A stretch of DNA of 64,000 nucleotides. It comes from a virus. Positions within the stretch are counted from its first letter, which is position 1. Each line of letters opens with the position of its first letter. The notes beneath the pieces were generated by a model that was not told the origin of the DNA, ran no database searches, and was given only the letters and a program-made list of their open reading frames with translations. Location: positions 32,001-96,000 of IMG/VR virus record IMGVR_UViG_3300042444_000045; one strand, written 5' to 3'. The position numbers and the translations under genes were made by a program. Of this stretch, positions 29,402 to 37,843 are shown piece after piece.

Positions 29402-29920
29402 TTATTTTAGGAAAAGTAATTTGTACTTTGCTGAGTTAATTGAATCCTTAACAAGATCTAGATTGTTTACTATCTCTGAGTAAGGCATCATACCCTGGAG
29501 CTTGTTCACTATGTTATATAAATCTCTAAGATATGCTACAGCATCTGCAGTAGTATCTAGAGTTCTAATAGGCATATTAGTGTAAGTAAGAAGCTTCTCT
29601 GATACTCCTTGGTATCCTTCTATAAGTGTATCAGCTTTATCATGTAAGCCTTCATAGAATGCACCTAATGCTTTATGGGCTGCATAGGAACCCTCGCCTT
29701 TAACTTGTAAATGTAGTCTATGAAAACTAACTGCAGCATTCATCATCTCTGTTGCACATGCTGCTGTCATTGTATCAAGTGAACTTCCACCAACACCAGC
29801 ATCTGGAGTAGGTTCTGGTTTAGCAGGTTCACTCTTAGGTTGAGTAACAATAGGCTGTGGTCTGCTAAGTGTTCTAGCTGACTCTGGATTTCTCTTTAGT
29901 AGTCTTGTTTTATTTTCCAT
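29402..29920 (-). CDS. Ferritin/Dps-like protein (phage DUF5856-like)
   Basis: FHRLHLQV..SYAAHKALGAFYEGL..KADTLIEGYQG four-helix-bundle motif. Confidence 0.75.
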   Translation of the reverse strand: MENKTRLLKRNPESARTLSRPQPIVTQPKSEPAKPEPTPDAGVGGSSLDTMTAACATEMMNAAVSFHRLHLQVKGEGSYAAHKALGAFYEGLHDKADTLIEGYQGVSEKLLTYTNMPIRTLDTTADAVAYLRDLYNIVNKLQGMMPYSEIVNNLDLVKDSINSAKYKLLFLK

Positions 29921-29922
29921 GA

Positions 29923-30621
29923 TTAATTGTTACGTTCTGCTGTTTCTGTACCTCTAGAGAACTGGTTACCTGATTCAATATCTCCAGCAATAATACTTAC
30001 TGCCTCATCTATTATTACTTCTACTATATCATCTTTAAACTCACATTCTACATTCTGTATAGACTGCACACTTGTGTATGGATCTACACAACCTTGAATC
30101 TGAATCTTAATAGGTTGTCTATAGTAAATTAAATCTGCACTCTGAATTTCAAATTCATTGTTAGTATAAATATGAGTAGTATTACCAATGAGAGTAGCAA
30201 ATGTTTCACCCCACTCAAAGTTTGGCTGTTTGCCTTTGTCTCTTAGAAGAACATTAAGATCTCCTTCTTGAGCAAGATAAACTGTCATTCTTCTTTTCTC
30301 ACAGCATTCTTGTTTAGCAAAAACATCTACTCTTTTCCACTGTAAATAGTCTTCAGGAAGATTGCCAAAATAGTAGTATTCTTTATTTGACAATATAAGT
30401 GGGTCTCTATTAAGTAGTACTTGTAGATCATCTTTTCTACGAGTAGAACCCTCATCACCTTCTTTAACTAAGTTAATTCCATGCAATTGTCTTCTAGCCC
30501 ACTCAACCTGTGCTTTATTAAATGCCTCAACTATTTGCCAACATTCAATGTTGTCATAGTCCTGGCTATCTAATTTATTTAGCCGTTGCTTGATCTTTAT
30601 TTCAATTGTGCTATTTAACAT
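29923..30621 (-). CDS. Head-tail ring/adaptor protein (crAss gene-74-like)
   Basis: RLNKLDSQDY..FNKAQ..RRKDDLQ.L, LPEDYL and YYRQP..CE...IIDEAV motifs. Confidence 0.65.
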   Translation of the reverse strand: MLNSTIEIKIKQRLNKLDSQDYDNIECWQIVEAFNKAQVEWARRQLHGINLVKEGDEGSTRRKDDLQVLLNRDPLILSNKEYYYFGNLPEDYLQWKRVDVFAKQECCEKRRMTVYLAQEGDLNVLLRDKGKQPNFEWGETFATLIGNTTHIYTNNEFEIQSADLIYYRQPIKIQIQGCVDPYTSVQSIQNVECEFKDDIVEVIIDEAVSIIAGDIESGNQFSRGTETAERNN

Positions 30622-30624
30622 TTC

Positions 30625-30984
30625 TTATCTTTTTTTAGCCATCTTTTTTAAAGTCATGGCAAGGGCTTTTCTCTTGGGTGTACAAGTTGGTTTTGACATC
30701 GGAGTACAATAACCCTTGTGTGCAGGATTAATTGCTTTCTGAATCCACTTTTTATCACCAGTAGATCCACCTTTTTTTGCATATCTTAGAGGTTCTTCTT
30801 GAATTAATGGAGCTGTACCAGAACTAGGCTTTGCAACTTTATTAATTACACCTTTAACAGTTCTTGTTTCTTTAACTGTTTCTGGTGCACCATATCTTTT
30901 CTTAACTGTTGTTTTATAATTACCATCAGGTGAATAAAACTTTTGTTTAGACTCTCTTGGTGAAGTACTCTTTTTAACAGGCAT
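30625..30984 (-). CDS. Small Lys-rich protein
   Basis: 119 aa; YAKKGG; C-terminal KWIQKAI...KRKALAMTLKKM motif common in aquatic phages. Confidence 0.7.
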   Translation of the reverse strand: MPVKKSTSPRESKQKFYSPDGNYKTTVKKRYGAPETVKETRTVKGVINKVAKPSSGTAPLIQEEPLRYAKKGGSTGDKKWIQKAINPAHKGYCTPMSKPTCTPKRKALAMTLKKMAKKR

Positions 30985-30986
30985 GA

Positions 30987-31349
30987 CTATTTCTTTTTAA
31001 TGGCAGTACGTTTTTTAACTGGACTCATTTTTTTAATAGCAGCAATTTTTTTAACCATACCACCTTTTTTCATTACATTACTTGTAATTTTTTTAGCTGT
31101 ATCATCAATTTTCTTTTTTGCTTCTTTTTCTTTTTTCTTGGCATCTCTTTTACCGGCACTTAAATATGTGCCAATAGCTGCACCAGCACCACCTAAAATA
31201 GCACCTGCTACTTTAACACTTGGTCCAGAAAATGTACCTGGTGATTTTTTTTGTGGTAAACATGTTCCGCCAGGTCCACAATAGTATCCATCAGGGCAAT
31301 CTCCCCCTGTCATACAATTTTGTTTTGATCCAGTTTTCTTAATAGCCAT
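30987..31349 (-). CDS. Small Lys-rich protein with a Cys cluster and a Gly/Ala hydrophobic helix
   Basis: CMTGGDCPDGYYCGPGGTC; VAGAILGGAGAAIGTYL; MKKGG. Confidence 0.65.
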   Translation of the reverse strand: MAIKKTGSKQNCMTGGDCPDGYYCGPGGTCLPQKKSPGTFSGPSVKVAGAILGGAGAAIGTYLSAGKRDAKKKEKEAKKKIDDTAKKITSNVMKKGGMVKKIAAIKKMSPVKKRTAIKKK

Positions 31350-31351
31350 GG

Positions 31352-31672
31352 TTATTTCTTTTTAATAGTTCCACCCATTTTCTTTTTGTTCATCTTTGCA
31401 CCAGCAATTCTATCAGCAGCAGTAGGTTTAGGATTCTTATCAATACCTGCTTTAACAGATAACATTCCAAAAGTAGAACCACCTTTAGCCATTTTTTTCT
31501 TAACCATACCACCACGTTTCATTGTATCGATACCCTGGTAATTAGGACCTGTTGGACCTGTTTGAGGAATACCATACATCTGACCACCTTGAGCCATCTT
31601 CTTTACTTTCTTAACAGCTCCACCGGATTTCATTTTACCGCAACCAGTCTTGCAAGTTTTTAATGTTTTCAT
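31352..31672 (-). CDS. Small Lys-rich protein with five xxGG motifs
   Basis: MKSGG, MAQGG, MKRGG, MAKGG and KKMGG in 106 aa. Confidence 0.7.
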   Translation of the reverse strand: MKTLKTCKTGCGKMKSGGAVKKVKKMAQGGQMYGIPQTGPTGPNYQGIDTMKRGGMVKKKMAKGGSTFGMLSVKAGIDKNPKPTAADRIAGAKMNKKKMGGTIKKK

Positions 31673-31684
31673 CTTATATAATTT

Positions 31685-31966
31685 TTAACAGTTCCACTTT
31701 CTTAAAGACTTATTGATCCTTGAGTTAGGATCATTAGCTGTCTTAGAGCTTGTTAGTTTTTTCTTCATACCAGACATTCTAGCACAAAATGATTTTCTCC
31801 TATTAGCATCTTTACTATCTGGAGCAAGCTTTGAGGGTTTAGTTGTTACCGCAGTTTTTAATTTACTACCTGGATTAGCTTTTCTATATGATGCAACACC
31901 TTTAGCATTAAGACCTCCTGCTGGATTCTTACCTTCTTTTCTTTGCCATGCTGGAGACTTTGCCAT
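31685..31966 (-). CDS. Conserved basic phage protein (DUF6321-like)
   Basis: AWQRKEGKNPAGGLNAKG...RRKSFCARM..SLRKWNC, a recognisable widespread family. Confidence 0.75.
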   Translation of the reverse strand: MAKSPAWQRKEGKNPAGGLNAKGVASYRKANPGSKLKTAVTTKPSKLAPDSKDANRRKSFCARMSGMKKKLTSSKTANDPNSRINKSLRKWNC

Positions 31967-31968
31967 AA

Positions 31969-32151
31969 TTATGCTTTTACACAGTTATTAACTACTTTAC
32001 CATTTAGTACCTTAGTACCCTTTTTAATATAACCAGGCCAACAATTTTTACTAGAACCACCAAGTTGTGCTTTTGGAATAGATTTAGGTTTCTTTCCAGC
32101 TTTCTTCATTGAGATAGCAATAGCTGCTTGTTGAGCTCTAGTCTTAGCCAT
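31969..32151 (-). CDS. Small basic protein
   Basis: AQQAAIAISMKKAGKKPK, AQLGG and CWPGY..G.K...VNNCVK motifs. Confidence 0.7.
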   Translation of the reverse strand: MAKTRAQQAAIAISMKKAGKKPKSIPKAQLGGSSKNCWPGYIKKGTKVLNGKVVNNCVKA

Positions 32152-32153
32152 AA

Positions 32154-32378
32154 TTACTTACTGAATGTTTTAAGAACACTCATTTGTTGTTGAGCAAGTT
32201 TCTTAACATCATTCATCATCTTAGTATCCTTACGAATTTCATCTGCTCTTTTAAGAGTACTAAGTGCTGATTCAATTTCCCACTTTCTCATTTCTGCTTT
32301 TGGAGTAGCAACATTAGTCATACTTGTTGATGCTCTCTTTACAGGAGTTTTTTTAGTTGTTGTTTTTTTAATTGCCAT
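32154..32378 (-). CDS. Small basic protein (start re-assigned to MAIKK)
   Basis: ATG at 32378 directly follows the stop of the upstream gene; KWEIESALSTLKRADEI motif. Confidence 0.65.
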   Translation of the reverse strand: MAIKKTTTKKTPVKRASTSMTNVATPKAEMRKWEIESALSTLKRADEIRKDTKMMNDVKKLAQQQMSVLKTFSK

Positions 32379-32379
32379 C

Positions 32380-32646
32380 TTATCTAAATCTTGATGCCTT
32401 CTTTGCAATATTCTTAGGCTGTTTAACAAATTGTTTTCCTTTACTATTACCTGCAGCTTTTGCTTTATTAGTAGCTGCTTTTTCTCCTGCAGATAATGCT
32501 GACCAAGCTGCCTCGGGCAAGTATCTTTTCTTGCCCTTGGACTTAACTTCTTTGGAAGATCCCTTCTTTTTATTAGCCGCAGTTCCAGAGGTCATCCACT
32601 TTTGTGCACCCCAATCTCTAAGACTTTGTTGAGGATCTTTTGCCAT
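32380..32646 (-). CDS. DUF5872-like protein, C-terminal half
   Basis: QQSLRDW..QKW.T..RYLPEAAW..LS..EK..TN..K...G..QFV.QPK. Confidence 0.65.
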   Translation of the reverse strand: MAKDPQQSLRDWGAQKWMTSGTAANKKKGSSKEVKSKGKKRYLPEAAWSALSAGEKAATNKAKAAGNSKGKQFVKQPKNIAKKASRFR

Positions 32647-32843
32647 TACTTCTTCGTTTTATAGCCACCACCTTTAGCCTTGTATTCCTTGGCCATTAGT
32701 TGTGCTTTTCTAGCTGACCACTCTCCAGGATCTCCACCTTTAGTACCGGCTTTAATTCTCTTGAATATAGTCTCACGCATACCAGGCTTAGTGTAGACAC
32801 CAGCCTGGTTTACTTTGCTTTTAGTTGTTTTCTTAACAGCCAT
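32646..32843 (-). CDS. DUF5872-like protein, N-terminal half
   Basis: YTKPGMRE.IF..IKAGTKGG.PGEWSARKAQL.AKEYK..GGGY. Confidence 0.7.
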   Translation of the reverse strand: MAVKKTTKSKVNQAGVYTKPGMRETIFKRIKAGTKGGDPGEWSARKAQLMAKEYKAKGGGYKTKK

Positions 32844-33727
32844 TATTTCTTACGCATTACCATACCATACTTAGCTTTAGGTACAGCAGTCTTAGGAGCA
32901 GAACTTGTTCCACCAACTCTACCTCTAGCAACTTTAGATGCGGCAGCTTTAGGATTAACACCAGATTTAACACCATGTGACCCAGCAGATTTTAATGCAG
33001 AAACTTTTGCATTAGAATTTACCATACCACCAGTTTTCATTTTAACCTTTCTTACAGGTTTTAAATTATAAACTTCTGTTCCTCCTGTTTCTTTAACTTC
33101 TTTTTTACCAGCTTTAGTATAAGGAACATATAGACCAGTATCTGTTCCACGTGCAGCTCCAGATACATACATACCTTTGCCTTTTTCAGCTTTTCTTTCA
33201 GCAGCTTTTTTATTCATGGTACGTCCACCATCTTGCATTTTTTTAACCATACCCCCAGTCTTCATAATTTTTCTAGATGGTTTCATTTCATTTGAAGAAA
33301 CCATTCCTGTTTCTTTTGCATCTTTTTTACCAGCTCTAGTAAATGGAACATAGGTACCTTTATTATTCTCACTACCAGGAGCATCTTTAGTACCCATTTT
33401 ATAACTAGTAAAGCCTTTACCTTTTGCAGATTTTCTTTCAGCAGCTTTTGCACTAATTGCACGGCCACCGTCTTGATATTTTTTAACAGCACCACCTTTT
33501 TTCATGCCTGGTCCACCCATACCTGATCTAGCATCTCTAACTGCACTAGCAACTTGAGCTGCACTTGCTGCAGTTTTAGCTACATTGCCTGTAATGTTAG
33601 ATACTTTGTCATATGTAGAGGGTTCAGTACCAGCTTCAATTCTTTTAAGTTTAGCTGCTTTTTTAGCATTTCTAATATCTGCACCGGTTACTTTACCACC
33701 GTCATCATATTTCTTTTTAGTTTTCAT
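32843..33727 (-). CDS. Lys/Gly-rich protein with an internal tandem duplication bounded by xxGG motifs
   Basis: Two units of about 75 aa: QDGGR..KAAERK..KGKG..YVP.T.AGKK..KETG..KP.RK..MKTGGMV. Confidence 0.7.
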   Translation of the reverse strand: MKTKKKYDDGGKVTGADIRNAKKAAKLKRIEAGTEPSTYDKVSNITGNVAKTAASAAQVASAVRDARSGMGGPGMKKGGAVKKYQDGGRAISAKAAERKSAKGKGFTSYKMGTKDAPGSENNKGTYVPFTRAGKKDAKETGMVSSNEMKPSRKIMKTGGMVKKMQDGGRTMNKKAAERKAEKGKGMYVSGAARGTDTGLYVPYTKAGKKEVKETGGTEVYNLKPVRKVKMKTGGMVNSNAKVSALKSAGSHGVKSGVNPKAAASKVARGRVGGTSSAPKTAVPKAKYGMVMRKK

Positions 33728-33739
33728 TTTATTTTAAGT

Positions 33740-34756
33740 TTAAGAATTCCAAAATTTCTCACAGGCTTTGTTGAGATCAATTAAAACATCCTCATTAAGT
33801 GGGTTCTTCAAGTACTCAATTACATCTGAAACATTTCTTCCTAACATTGAATTAGTTTTAGAATGATAGATGTAACCATCTGCCTTATTAATAATATACT
33901 TAAAAAATATGGAATCTCTTACAATTGATTTGATTTTAAGTGTTTCCATATCCATATTTACAGCTTCAAGGAAAGACTTAGCTGCTCTTTCTTTGTTGTT
34001 CTCAACACCTTCACCATTAATGTACAAGTCCATGTTCTCATACATAACATCATTAGGTGTTGATTTTCTATATTGTGTACTGTTACCATCTACTACTTTA
34101 GCTACATAGAATAGTTTAGTACTGTTTTTGTCAAATAATTTCTGAAGTTCAGAAAGTGCTTTGTTACGCATTTTCTTGTATTCAGTTCTTGCAATAACTG
34201 TCTGCTCTTGTTTGTCTAAGTAAAACTTAGGTGGAACAGCTCTTGATCTTGCATCATCAAAGCTTTTTGCTACAATAGAAAAACCTCCAGCTTCAATAGC
34301 ATATAGTTTAATTCTATCATATGGATCTGTAGGATCTAAGAATAAAGGATCATTACCACATGCAATATGAATTCTATTCCAGAAATCTTTATTGTCAGGC
34401 TTAAGTAACTTTACTTTGTTCCAGAACTGTGGATCATCAATCTCTATAACATTAGCTGCTAACTCTGTCTCAAGTTCAGCAATAGCTGTTCTAATTTCTT
34501 TTACTCTTGCTTCTTTATCATTACCTTTTAGAAGTTTAATCTCTGGTGCAAATTCATTTAGACCAGTAAGATATCTAATAACTCCGTTTTGCTCTAAGCA
34601 AGCAAGTTGTTCAAAATGCTTAACTCCGTCATACAGAGATAAGCCATAATTTTCTAGTCCCATATTAGAGACTGCATTGTCAAAGAACGGTCTTACAGCA
34701 ATTGCTGTTTTCTTTACGGTACCATTGCCCGTTTCTACCATTGTGAAATTTTCCAT
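33740..34756 (-). CDS. Conserved head-module protein downstream of the major capsid gene (crAss gene-75-like)
   Basis: 338 aa; YLTGL..FWN..LFLDP.DP.D.IK..PKFYL motifs; synteny. Confidence 0.6.
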   Translation of the reverse strand: MENFTMVETGNGTVKKTAIAVRPFFDNAVSNMGLENYGLSLYDGVKHFEQLACLEQNGVIRYLTGLNEFAPEIKLLKGNDKEARVKEIRTAIAELETELAANVIEIDDPQFWNKVKLLKPDNKDFWNRIHIACGNDPLFLDPTDPYDRIKLYAIEAGGFSIVAKSFDDARSRAVPPKFYLDKQEQTVIARTEYKKMRNKALSELQKLFDKNSTKLFYVAKVVDGNSTQYRKSTPNDVMYENMDLYINGEGVENNKERAAKSFLEAVNMDMETLKIKSIVRDSIFFKYIINKADGYIYHSKTNSMLGRNVSDVIEYLKNPLNEDVLIDLNKACEKFWNS

Positions 34757-34795
34757 GTTTTGTTGGTTTTATTTTTGTGTTGGTTAAATATAAAG

Positions 34796-34822
34796 AAAAA
34801 AAGGGAGGAGTTTCCCCCTCCC
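34796..34822 (-). terminator. Rho-independent terminator after the major capsid gene
   Basis: GGGAGG...CCTCCC stem followed by T7 on the minus strand. Confidence 0.75.
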
Positions 34823-34840
34823 TCTCCTTTCTAGTTTAGA

Positions 34841-36457
34841 TTAGAATGATCCACCTGTTACAGGGTTTCTCATAACAATTTTTAAAACTTTAGTTGGGTC
34901 TTTAACCCAGATAGCTGGCATTGTTTGGCTCATCATTACACGGTAACCATTGAACTGACCAGAAGACTGGAAGCCTTGGCTACGTCCCATGTAGTCCATA
35001 GTACCATTTTGATACCACCATTTCAATTGGTTATCCCAAGACAATTTCAACAAGAAGATGTTGTCATTAGTATTGTCAGTGATATCAAAGATAATGAATG
35101 AGTAAGAAGATAATGGGAAACCATCAATGATTGGGTTCTCAATATCATTTGTATGAACATTGTCAAATGCTGGGTTAAGAACAAACTTAACATTTGCCAA
35201 GAATGGGATTACATATGAAGTATATGCAAAACCAAAGTTCAAGTCCATACCTTTACCAGTGATTGCACCGATATCAGCAGCCTGGATAAGAAGACCAGAA
35301 GAGATAGCCTCTTGTTTGATAGCCTCATTAACCATTCTCATACCACCCATACCAGTTTGTACAACTAGGCTACGTTTTGGATCTGGACCTTGGAATTCAA
35401 CTTTACCATTGAAGAAGTTGTAGATCTCAGAACGGAACAAGTCAAGTGTGAAGTTGTTTTTGTTGTATACTCTTTTGAATGAGTTATCCAACTGCTTCCA
35501 AAGACCCACAGACAATCTAACATCATCTGGACCATCTTGACGAACTCTACCACCATGTCCCCACATTAAGTAAGTCTCAATGTCAGTTGCAATTTTGCTC
35601 AAGTGAGCTGCTTCCATGTTTGTTAAGAAAGTACGTGACAAGTTACCGTTGTCAAATGCTTTTTTAACAGAGTCTTTACCCATTACTTTAACCATGTCTT
35701 CCAAAGAAGAAATTGATGGATCCATAGTTTTGTCATATGATCTCCAGATCTCAGTTACAGGAACTGAACCATCTGCATTCATTCCACCTTTGATCATCAA
35801 GTCAGCACGGCTAGAGATAGAGTAGTGAACGTGAGCTTCTGCACCACCTACGTAGTTGTAGAATTCACGGAAACCTGCATTAGTAATGATGTCAGAGAAT
35901 CTCTCACCATACTCACCACGTGCAGAACCTTTACGGAATACTTTAGTACCGTTAGCTAAATACTTGTCATCAAGATATTTATAGTTGTCGTTGTTTACTA
36001 ACTGAACAGTATAGATGTAACCATCACCTAAAGGAAGAATATCTTCTTGTGTAATGTACATCTCAACACCATTGTATTTGTCATAAGTGATGATATCACC
36101 ATGTCCAAATTCTCTTTTGTTAAGTTTGATACGGAATGTAGTACCATCAACACCTTTGAAGTTGTTGTCTGGTTCAATATCCTCAACAATGTAAGGAAGG
36201 TCAATAGAAACCGGAGTTTGCCATCTGTATTCCCCACGTGCGTTATCTACCATGATAACATTTTTGCCACCAAATGAAGACATCTGATAAAGAGGCATTT
36301 CAACTTTTTGAGCCATAGCCCATAGATCCACTGGACCAAGGTCCATTGGCTCTGCATCTTTCAGCATATTCACCAAGTGGTAAGAATCCACATGGGAACT
36401 TGCATTGTAAGCGGTATCCCTGAGGAATATACCATTGTTCATTACTGGAGTTGCCAT
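34841..36457 (-). CDS. Major capsid protein (crAss-like, HK97 fold)
   Basis: 538 aa after portal and scaffold; EYRWQ, LMWG.GG, GLWKQL, VQTGMGGM, FGFAYTSY and NPAFD segments fit crAss-like capsid proteins; followed by a terminator. Confidence 0.85.
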   Translation of the reverse strand: MATPVMNNGIFLRDTAYNASSHVDSYHLVNMLKDAEPMDLGPVDLWAMAQKVEMPLYQMSSFGGKNVIMVDNARGEYRWQTPVSIDLPYIVEDIEPDNNFKGVDGTTFRIKLNKREFGHGDIITYDKYNGVEMYITQEDILPLGDGYIYTVQLVNNDNYKYLDDKYLANGTKVFRKGSARGEYGERFSDIITNAGFREFYNYVGGAEAHVHYSISSRADLMIKGGMNADGSVPVTEIWRSYDKTMDPSISSLEDMVKVMGKDSVKKAFDNGNLSRTFLTNMEAAHLSKIATDIETYLMWGHGGRVRQDGPDDVRLSVGLWKQLDNSFKRVYNKNNFTLDLFRSEIYNFFNGKVEFQGPDPKRSLVVQTGMGGMRMVNEAIKQEAISSGLLIQAADIGAITGKGMDLNFGFAYTSYVIPFLANVKFVLNPAFDNVHTNDIENPIIDGFPLSSYSFIIFDITDNTNDNIFLLKLSWDNQLKWWYQNGTMDYMGRSQGFQSSGQFNGYRVMMSQTMPAIWVKDPTKVLKIVMRNPVTGGSF

Positions 36458-36485
36458 TGTATATATTAATTTAAATTGTTACTAA

Positions 36486-37748
36486 TTAAAATCTCTTGAA
36501 CAAATTATTTGGTCTTGAGAGTGTTCTTTGCGGTTTATTACCCGCTCTTCTTGGTTCATCAGACTCTTGTATTGAAGAAGAAGTAATTTTTCTTGCCTCT
36601 TCTGTTTTAAGTTGTCTAACTGTTTTCTCTACAGCAGCCTTAGAACCTTGTTCTTTAATCTTGCCTTTGTATCCTTCTGGATCAGAAAGTAACCAAAGAG
36701 CTTCTGAAATAAGATCATGTCTTGGTTCTACAAACTGATACTTTTCTAAAAGATGTCCTAATAAGTTAGTTTGTCTTCCAGAGATAGATGGATAACTTGG
36801 TTGTACTAATCCTGAGTATAACATACTCTGGGTTTTCTTATCAAGTTTAATTCCATTTAAGTCACCTGCAACAAGTGTGTTATACACATTCTCTGTGTAT
36901 ACTCTTGCTTGTTGAGCTTGTTGTTCTTTTTTGTGCTCTTGTTCTGCAAGTTTTCTAGCTACTACTTCTTCTTGCATTCTGTCTAACTGTGGTTTAAACT
37001 GTTGAGCTTTTGCTTCTAGTTTACCCATATCGGCCCAGTCATTGATTTCAGCTTCAATCTCTTCTGGAGAGCCAAATCTTTTAGCATATAAGTATTGTCT
37101 TGCAATCTCTGCTTGATCATACTCATTACTTGGATCTAGATCAATTACTTCTTCTACCTCTGCAAGAGTTCTAAAGAGAGCTTTTAAATCTGTACCACCA
37201 TCAGCTACATATTTAGCTGCTACTTGAAGTTCTTCAGGAAGAGATTGAAAGAACTCTCTTGGAGTATCTTGTCTGATCTTATTCTCTCTTTCTTGGAAGT
37301 TAGCTTCAAATAATTCTCTGAAGTCTTTAGTAGTATATTCCTCTAATGGTTTGTCATCATCAAAGGGAATAAGTGTACCTTCTTCAATCATCTTTAGGGC
37401 TAGCTCAGAAAGACCGGACTTATCTACTTTAGGTCTTCCTTTGTTACCAGTTTCTTCTTCTTGACTAATCATGTCATCAAGTTGAGCTATTGCTTCATCA
37501 ACTTGCTTTGCTGATACTGGTGCTGCTGGATCAGGATTATCATCTTTCTTGTCAAGGAACGTGGTGTCTAAATCCTGTGTTTTTGAGAACACAGACTTTG
37601 GACTGTCATTTGAACTATCAGTATCTGAGGGTAACATTACATTCTCTGCCCCAGGCATTCCAAATAGTTCATCAATGTTTACATCTACCTGACCTACCGT
37701 TGTAGAGTCTTGTACCTGATCTTCAGGCTTTTTGTTGGTTTCTTCCAT
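36486..37748 (-). CDS. Putative scaffold protein
   Basis: Acidic, disordered N-terminus and helical core; located between portal and major capsid genes. Confidence 0.65.
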   Translation of the reverse strand: MEETNKKPEDQVQDSTTVGQVDVNIDELFGMPGAENVMLPSDTDSSNDSPKSVFSKTQDLDTTFLDKKDDNPDPAAPVSAKQVDEAIAQLDDMISQEEETGNKGRPKVDKSGLSELALKMIEEGTLIPFDDDKPLEEYTTKDFRELFEANFQERENKIRQDTPREFFQSLPEELQVAAKYVADGGTDLKALFRTLAEVEEVIDLDPSNEYDQAEIARQYLYAKRFGSPEEIEAEINDWADMGKLEAKAQQFKPQLDRMQEEVVARKLAEQEHKKEQQAQQARVYTENVYNTLVAGDLNGIKLDKKTQSMLYSGLVQPSYPSISGRQTNLLGHLLEKYQFVEPRHDLISEALWLLSDPEGYKGKIKEQGSKAAVEKTVRQLKTEEARKITSSSIQESDEPRRAGNKPQRTLSRPNNLFKRF

Positions 37749-37771
37749 TACTGTTGGTTTTGGTTATAATT

Positions 37772-37779
37772 TAATATAC
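37772..37779 (-). promoter_or_regulatory. GTATATTA promoter-like element for the scaffold-capsid operon
   Basis: Same core as the other late-gene leaders; a degenerate TAAACTT-N3-ATATTTA palindrome lies next to it (37784-37800). Confidence 0.6.
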
Positions 37780-37843
37780 AAAATAAACTTCAAATATTTA
37801 AAATAGGAATGATAATTTTTTGGACTATATAGCTAGCCATTAT

